Positions 58,403 to 64,000 of a DNA stretch of 64,000 bases are shown in pieces (the stretch's first letter is position 1; every line of letters starts with the position of its first letter). Source of the DNA: a virus (Duplodnaviria > Caudoviricetes); IMG/VR virus record IMGVR_UViG_3300044703_000023, positions 207 to 64,206 of that record. One strand, given 5' to 3'. The notes beneath the pieces are model-generated. The model saw nothing but the letters and a program-made list of their open reading frames with translations, made no database searches and was not told the DNA's origin. Made by a program: the position numbers and the translations under genes.

Positions 58403-58676
58403 GTGCGATTGGCATAAGGACGATCAGCCTGTCCATCCATATATAGGGTGCGAGTTTTGCGGGACAATGCTCTCCACCAAAACTTGCGCCGGCTGCCGCC
58501 AGGACTTCCTCGACTGGGAAGATCACTCGTTCGACGACATTATCGCGGGACCATATTGTTCTCTGAGTGGGGATTTGATGTGCACGAGATGTGGTCCACA
58601 GAGCGACGCTAGAGCAGAAGATGCAGAAGATGCCGAGAGCGAGGCTTACGAAGATATATGGCTCGACGAGGTATGA
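58395..58676 (+). CDS. Acidic Cys-rich hypothetical protein
   Basis: MDKCDW...CEFC, CAGC, CTRC. Confidence 0.5.
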   Translation: MDKCDWHKDDQPVHPYIGCEFCGTMLSTKTCAGCRQDFLDWEDHSFDDIIAGPYCSLSGDLMCTRCGPQSDARAEDAEDAESEAYEDIWLDEV

Positions 58677-58700
58677 GCCTATTCAAGCAGAGGAGATTCA

Positions 58701-59159
58701 ATGAGACGCAAGACGGGTGAAGAGTTGAGGTCCGCACTTGAGGCAAAGCGAGCCTTTTATCGCGAGTGCGTTGTCGAAGTGCCGGGCTGGATGCCTGAGG
58801 TTGTAGGCATCTTTATCGGCGGGTGCGTTGCTCGCGGCGTCGGATCTTCGTTCCGCGCGCAAGCCCACGCGCACAACTCCCGAGTGCTAAAGACTCGGTT
58901 TGACATAAACACGGGATGGATTTGCATTCGTTCTATCGCTCGCCTGGGAAAATATCACGCGGTGGCGCAAGGCGATGGTTCTACCCTGATCGTTATTGAC
59001 AAAGCCTCACGGCTCTTAATGCATGAATACGCGCACATACTCTGTGAAGGCCACGGCCATGATGATAAGTGGCGCAAGACCATGAAGCGATTAGGGCAAC
59101 CACTGCCCGCCCAGTATCAAAAAGGAATCGCGGAATGGAATGATAAGTGGGAATTGTAG
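58701..59159 (+). CDS. SprT-like HExxH metalloprotease
   Basis: LLMHEYAHIL...HGHDDKW. Confidence 0.75.
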   Translation: MRRKTGEELRSALEAKRAFYRECVVEVPGWMPEVVGIFIGGCVARGVGSSFRAQAHAHNSRVLKTRFDINTGWICIRSIARLGKYHAVAQGDGSTLIVIDKASRLLMHEYAHILCEGHGHDDKWRKTMKRLGQPLPAQYQKGIAEWNDKWEL

Positions 59160-59206
59160 GCTGTGGCCCACTCAGAAGTGTGAGCCAAACAAAATAAGGG
59201 AGAGAA

Positions 59207-59674
59207 ATGGAAGATAAGAAGCTAGTGGACGAGGGGCAGAACCCTTCTATTCCAGAGAACACGGATCGTAAAGACAGTTTGGTTGCGGTTGCCCCGCCGT
59301 TCACAGAGGGGCCGTGGAAAGTTGAGACGCCACGCGACCGTGAGGACTCGTTGTCGGACGAAGGCGATCCAGAGTGGGACGAATCCTATCCTAAAGGCGT
59401 TACGGTTCGTGCTGCGTGGGCCACCCCGCGAGAAGGATTACTAGGATACGAAATCTGCCGGATGGCGGGCGTTCACAAGCGCACACTGCCTAACGCCCGA
59501 CTGATAGCCGCCGCTCCTGCGCTTTATGAGCGACTAAAGGACGTGCTGCAACGTTGCGCAGAGCGCGAAGTCTTCATGTGTGACGACTTTGCTCACGATG
59601 GCGATTGCAACTGTGAGGGAGACAAAGCGTACGCCGCGATTGCGTTGGCATCAGGCCAGATGCCGCCTCGCTGA
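59207..59674 (+). CDS. Hypothetical phage protein (TxGPW...NARLIAAAP family)
   Basis: FTEGPW, NARLIAAAPALY. Confidence 0.7.
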   Translation: MEDKKLVDEGQNPSIPENTDRKDSLVAVAPPFTEGPWKVETPRDREDSLSDEGDPEWDESYPKGVTVRAAWATPREGLLGYEICRMAGVHKRTLPNARLIAAAPALYERLKDVLQRCAEREVFMCDDFAHDGDCNCEGDKAYAAIALASGQMPPR

Positions 59675-59841
59675 AAGCGGGCAAACAACCGTGATGACGG
59701 GGTAAAGGTGTTCTACCCCTCGTCCCCAAAAAGTATTTATGAGATGACGATCAAGATTTATTTAGCGTACGACGAGCGCGTAGCCACGACTAAGGTTATG
59801 CGCGTATCGCGCACCCTGATTTTACTAACTGGAGGATCGCA

Positions 59842-60258
59842 ATGGGACAGTCAACAGATGGATGTATTGCCTATGGCGTCGTGTTCGAGGATGGCTACGA
59901 ATTTCCGTGGGATGCCGAGCCTTTTAACGGCGACTTAGAAGAATGGTGGCGAGTAGAGCAAGGGTTTGATGCGAGCAAGGGCTATCCCGCCGAAGGGTGG
60001 CTTGATTATCAAAAGCAGTTCGACGCTGCGCACCCTCTTCCGGCACAGGTCGAAAACTATTGCTCTGGCAATTATCCAATGTGGCTACTGGCTGTGCCGT
60101 CTAGTCGCCGTTCTGCCTCGCGGGGCGAGCCTGAAAAACTCGACGCGCTACCAGATGTAACGGAAGCGGAAAAAACCGCGTTGCGAGAGTTTTGTGCCAA
60201 GTATCAGTTGACCCCGGAGAAAGCAGAGGGATGGTATCTCTATAGCTACTGGGGATAG
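59842..60258 (+). CDS. Hypothetical protein
   Basis: GGAGG RBS; MGQSTDGCIAYG...WYLYSYWG. Confidence 0.7.
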   Translation: MGQSTDGCIAYGVVFEDGYEFPWDAEPFNGDLEEWWRVEQGFDASKGYPAEGWLDYQKQFDAAHPLPAQVENYCSGNYPMWLLAVPSSRRSASRGEPEKLDALPDVTEAEKTALREFCAKYQLTPEKAEGWYLYSYWG

Positions 60259-60333
60259 CGCGAGCGTACCAACACGGCGAAGCCGGTACAACCGTGATGA
60301 TGGGCCAGTCGCTCGCGGTAAGCCCAAAATAAA

Positions 60334-60759
60334 ATGCTGAAACAGCGAACACAACTCAAGAGAGTTAGATTCAAGCGTCCCCACGTAGCTAAATCAGGAG
60401 TTGGCGGGGCTACGGCGAGCGCGTACCCCAAGATTAGGGATCGCCAAGACATCAGAGGTTCAAGGTCGCTGCGGGTTGGAAAGAAAGGCCGCGACTGGAT
60501 TGCTGTGCGGCGCCGCCTTAGCGCAGAGTTTGCCGCCAGGGGCATCGTGTCCTGCGAGCTAGGCTATGAGTCATGTTGGGGACAAACGGCGTTGGGGTGG
60601 GCACATGGCCGCAAGCGTCGGCACTTAAAAGACAACGAGCTGGAGACGCTGGTAATTCTTTCCTGCAACCCTTGTCACGACAAGATTGAGTATCTGCCGC
60701 CGGCTGAAATGTTGGCGATTGTTCAGGACGTTATCTCCAATAGAAGAAAGGTTGCATAG
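60334..60759 (+). CDS. NinG/HNH-like nuclease
   Basis: CE....C, WAH.RKRR, LSCNPCHDKIE. Confidence 0.6.
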   Translation: MLKQRTQLKRVRFKRPHVAKSGVGGATASAYPKIRDRQDIRGSRSLRVGKKGRDWIAVRRRLSAEFAARGIVSCELGYESCWGQTALGWAHGRKRRHLKDNELETLVILSCNPCHDKIEYLPPAEMLAIVQDVISNRRKVA

Positions 60760-60954
60760 ATGGCAAAGAATAACGAGACGCCGAAAGGATTTACATGCGA
60801 GTGCGGCGAGTCCCACGCCTTTGGTGTGTACGTGTTCGCGCATTGGGATGAGGCGTTAACTCACACATGCGACTGCGGACGTAAGCATGTTATCCGCAGC
60901 GGGCTGGCAACGCTCATCAAAGAAGCGAAGAACTTGCGGAGTAGAAAGCGATAG
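60760..60954 (+). CDS. Small zinc-ribbon protein
   Basis: CECG...CDCG. Confidence 0.55.
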   Translation: MAKNNETPKGFTCECGESHAFGVYVFAHWDEALTHTCDCGRKHVIRSGLATLIKEAKNLRSRKR

Positions 60955-61124
60955 AGGCTACTAACCAAAAATAAATCAGATTCAGAATTCAGGTTAATGA
61001 AGAAGTAGAACCAAGTAAAAAGCATTCAGGTTAATGGGAACAGAACCCTTCTAGCCCAGTTCACGGATTCGCGCATATTGCGCGCCCTGCTTCTAGCGGA
61101 TGAACTCTTTTCTAACTTACGTTT

Positions 61125-61523
61125 TCACGGCGCGCCGCAACTATTAAAACTCGTTACACTAAGCGCATGGGCATTCACCGTTGTTGATAGTTCGGGCGGC
61201 ACGGTCTCAGCCACAACCAACGTTATTCGGTTCTCAGCCCGCGAAGTTCTCAGAACTACGTTCGCTGAGTTAATAACATCCCGCGTGTTGTCCATAGTGG
61301 AATCTACATTGCCACCAATCTGAATTTCAAACGGGCTGGATGCGGAATCTCTGAAAGTAAATACCGCTTCTCCAATCGTGAGCGTGTTTCCATCCTGCGG
61401 TAAAGAATCTCCAATAAAGACAATTTCAGCCAAGAGGAATGGATGCGGGTGTATTCCATCGCCATCAATGTCGAGGAACTGAGTGTCAGAGATAAATCGC
61501 GCGCGGATGAGTGTGAGTTCCAT
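61125..61523 (-). CDS. Putative virion accessory protein
   Basis: DGNTLTIGEAVFTF beta pattern; last gene of the late operon. Confidence 0.5.
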   Translation of the reverse strand: MELTLIRARFISDTQFLDIDGDGIHPHPFLLAEIVFIGDSLPQDGNTLTIGEAVFTFRDSASSPFEIQIGGNVDSTMDNTRDVINSANVVLRTSRAENRITLVVAETVPPELSTTVNAHALSVTSFNSCGAP

Positions 61524-61527
61524 AGCG

Positions 61528-62439
61528 TTAGTAAACGTATCCAAACACGTCGATCACAACTGTTGCTGTGATTGATGTGTCGTTAAAGGCACAACCGAAC
61601 ACGTCGGCTGCTGTGCCGATCTTCCAAACGACGTTTGAGCCATTACTAATCTGAGAGAAGCCAAGCGCAACGGTGGCGTCGGTGATTCCGGTAAGTGGCT
61701 GTGCACCTATGCTCCCAAAGTCGCTCACGCCCGCGTTGAACCCAAAAAACATCGCATCGCCCATTGTCGCTAAACTTGCGCTTGCGTTTCTTAGAATCAC
61801 TTTCGTAATCACACAATGCTTCAGCGCGGGACAGGTATAAAGAGGCTGTTTAGTGCCCACGTTCGTATCGACGGTGGTAGTCGAGAGAAGCGTATCCGCG
61901 AAGTCTTGAATGCTCGCCGCTGTGACTGTCGCGCTCGCTGGAGTTTCACTAACCCAGTCTGTTCCGTTTGACGTGAGTACGTTGCCATCTGTACCGGGTG
62001 CAACACTGGGAACATTGTGAGAATCATTCAGACCTTTTGGAGTAACGAACTTAGTATCGTTTGTTCCTGTATCTATCTCTGCTCCCGTGGCTTTGACTGG
62101 CACTGTTCCTATGCTGAACGGCCCGCTCCAAACATTCGTACTTAGACAGACGTATTCGCCTTCACTGCCGCCGCCAGTCTTAACAAACACATCATCGGGA
62201 GAACAGGTTGCGGGGAGAGTCGCACCGCCGCGAATCTTGCGGGCCTTATTGCTTATCACTTGGCCCACCATCAAGAAGGGAAGGAAGGGAACGCCAGCTT
62301 GAGGCCGATAGATACCAAGCACGATCATGGCAACGAGGCCCAAGAAGATAAGACAAGGTGTGCGATACGCGCAGAACCGTGAACTCTCGCCTCGCGCTCG
62401 TCGTTCGCTCAACATAGTTCTATTCATATTGTTTTTCAT
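61528..62439 (-). CDS. Tail-fibre-like protein
   Basis: LPATCS.DDVF, ATGAEIDTGTNDTKFVTPKGL, GTDGNVLTSNG fibre motifs; start uncertain. Confidence 0.65.
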   Translation of the reverse strand: MKNNMNRTMLSERRARGESSRFCAYRTPCLIFLGLVAMIVLGIYRPQAGVPFLPFLMVGQVISNKARKIRGGATLPATCSPDDVFVKTGGGSEGEYVCLSTNVWSGPFSIGTVPVKATGAEIDTGTNDTKFVTPKGLNDSHNVPSVAPGTDGNVLTSNGTDWVSETPASATVTAASIQDFADTLLSTTTVDTNVGTKQPLYTCPALKHCVITKVILRNASASLATMGDAMFFGFNAGVSDFGSIGAQPLTGITDATVALGFSQISNGSNVVWKIGTAADVFGCAFNDTSITATVVIDVFGYVY

Positions 62440-64000
62440 TAGAGTTGATACCAGTTTGAGCCTCTGCGAATGAACTGGTAAATCAGGCCATTCGTTGCTA
62501 CGACATTTGCACCCGTGCGCGTAAGTATTCCTGATCCGTTGACGAAAGTAGTGTTAACGTCTCCAACCCTCACCCGAAGAATCTGACCAACTACCGGATC
62601 GTCAAAAGTTGAGATCAATGTTGCTCCTGCATTAGCAGTAACAAAGTCACTTGCTCCTATTACGCTTGGAGTCGTATCGAGGGAGGTAAATGATCGTTCA
62701 ACAATAAACGACTCCGCGCCCGTTAGCTTAATGCCGCCCGTCTCGTTGAATGTCGGCACTGTATAGGTTAACGCTGCCGCCGGATTCACTATGATGTCAT
62801 AGGTTCCCACCGCTCCCACGCTCGCCACTAGCCGCGTACCGCCAGGGGAAAGTGAACGCTCAACAATGTCGTAATTAGTTGCGTTTGGTGATTGCGTCCA
62901 AGTCAGACGAATTAAGTTCGAAGCCGAGAGGGTCGCGTTGGACGTTGTTACGACTATCTCGTTGGACGCGAGAGTCCGGTTGCCCGCCACATCTTTGGCC
63001 ATTACCGCAAAAACGTGGGTGGTCGCGCCCCCCGTGCCAATCACTGAGTAGCTTAGATCCGAAATCGCAGCCAGTCCCGATAGCGTGACCTCGCCGGTGC
63101 CCATAACGGGCAGATTGTTCACGATACCTATCAACGGACGTGGGGCGCCCGTTGACATGCTGCCATCCAACGTTAGGCTTCGATTGTTCAGAACGTCAGA
63201 GTGAGAACCCACCAAACGGAACCCAAAACTATCCGCAGCTTGGCCCGTCCGAAACGTATTCAGACCCGCATCAAGCAGGGGCTGTGTTATTGTGCCGCCC
63301 CCGGTGCCCACGGTGTTCTGGTCCCACAGCACCGAACTCGCTCCCGCTTGGTCTCTAATGAACGTCGCCACCCATAATTCGGAGTAACCTTGAAGGCTAC
63401 AGCCGATTACAGACAGACGAATGGCGTTCCGAACATTAAAAACTGGAGCTGTCGTGGTGTTAGCTGTAGCGGTTTGCCCGCCACGAAGGGAATTGACTCG
63501 TCCTCCAATTATGGTGACTGGAGTAAAGCCGCTCCCAATCAGGTCGAGGTACTGAGTGTTGTCCTCGCCGTCATCCCCGATCATGGTGATAGCGTCAGAC
63601 ACAATGCCATAGGCTATTACCGAGTTTGACGTGAAGGTATTGTTAACGCCTCTAAAGCTGCCACCTGCCAGTTCAATGGCCTTGTCAAACCCAGTGAGCG
63701 ACGTATTACTTATTCGTATCTGCTTAACGTTAATGTGATCGAGAAAAATGCCAGTGCCTGATTGATTTGGATACGCCCCTCCCCCACCGTAAAGCTTGCA
63801 ATCCTTGATCTGGTGGAACTCATTATTTGCCCCCGAAGCGTTCTCGATCGTGAGTCCTTTATAGGCTGCGCGAGTGGTGTTCGCGACGACAAAAAGCGAC
63901 TGGAAGACGTTCTGTGATGAGATAGGCGGGTAGCCGCTGTTGACCATCGTCACATATATATTCCTGGCTGGGCCGGCCGCTCCTAAGGTCGCCGCTCCGT
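62439..64000 (-). CDS. Tailspike C-terminal part (frame open to window end)
   Basis: Beta-helix-like N/G/T-rich repeats, Fn3-like LTWTQSPNATNYDI; no upstream stop up to 64000. Confidence 0.75.
   Translation of the reverse strand, partial: GAATLGAAGPARNIYVTMVNSGYPPISSQNVFQSLFVVANTTRAAYKGLTIENASGANNEFHQIKDCKLYGGGGAYPNQSGTGIFLDHINVKQIRISNTSLTGFDKAIELAGGSFRGVNNTFTSNSVIAYGIVSDAITMIGDDGEDNTQYLDLIGSGFTPVTIIGGRVNSLRGGQTATANTTTAPVFNVRNAIRLSVIGCSLQGYSELWVATFIRDQAGASSVLWDQNTVGTGGGTITQPLLDAGLNTFRTGQAADSFGFRLVGSHSDVLNNRSLTLDGSMSTGAPRPLIGIVNNLPVMGTGEVTLSGLAAISDLSYSVIGTGGATTHVFAVMAKDVAGNRTLASNEIVVTTSNATLSASNLIRLTWTQSPNATNYDIVERSLSPGGTRLVASVGAVGTYDIIVNPAAALTYTVPTFNETGGIKLTGAESFIVERSFTSLDTTPSVIGASDFVTANAGATLISTFDDPVVGQILRVRVGDVNTTFVNGSGILTRTGANVVATNGLIYQFIRRGSNWYQL

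Larger units (their letters stand above)
31906..62415. repeat. Dispersed 60-80 bp repeat family (about 18 copies, both orientations)
   Basis: ACCAASAC/RCARGG-[hairpin]-ACCGTGA, ending CGCGCTCGTCGT..GCYAAA or GGTTCT..TTTCAT; approximate left coordinates 31906+, 32923-, 35855-, 36394+, 37135-, 40091-, 40793+, 42457+, 42510-, 43324+, 51450-, 52015+, 56705-, 56940+, 59225-, 59655+, 59755-, 60267+, 61030-, 62351+ (some degenerate). Confidence 0.85.
1..64000. mobile_element. Temperate podovirus-like phage genome, excised/circular form, nearly complete
   Basis: Terminase, portal, capsid, ejection proteins, integrase, internal attP, replication and immunity modules. No host housekeeping genes and no tape-measure or sheath gene seen. 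Confidence 0.95.

Noticed and set aside
31906-62415. Repeat family as CRISPR array, integron attC or dif sites
   Set aside because: Copies are dispersed, degenerate and inverted with no regular spacers or cas genes; they lack paired RYYYAAC/GTTRRRY ends in direct orientation and the XerC/D consensus.
61125-64000. Diversity-generating retroelement targeting tail genes
   Set aside because: No reverse transcriptase and no TR/VR pair seen.

Overview
The whole window is one temperate, podovirus-like (P22-type) phage genome in its excised, circularly permuted form. An intact attP (3' half of tRNA-His-GTG) lies mid-window beside a tyrosine integrase, and one tailspike-like gene appears to run off both ends. 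Modules: head and tail genes (1-19 kb, minus), an XRE-controlled accessory island with RNase H (19-22 kb), DNA-ejection genes including a 2018-aa polyvalent protein (22-30 kb), membrane/lysis genes (30-33 kb), int/xis (38.5-40 kb), a leftward replication operon (40-54 kb), an immunity region (54-55 kb) and a rightward early operon (55-61 kb). Two features stand out. (1) A photoactive-yellow-protein (PYP) homologue with an N-terminal Cys4 motif is translationally coupled to a ribbon-helix-helix repressor inside the lysis/lysogeny switch, making it a candidate light- or p-coumarate-sensing input. (2) About 18 dispersed 60-80 bp hairpin-containing repeats sit in inverted pairs around individual accessory genes, like cassette ends. 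Also present: an out-of-frame two-subunit C5 methyltransferase, recurrent predicted leaderless transcripts and a cluster of structured RNAs. All calls come from reading motifs by eye; no database searches were run.
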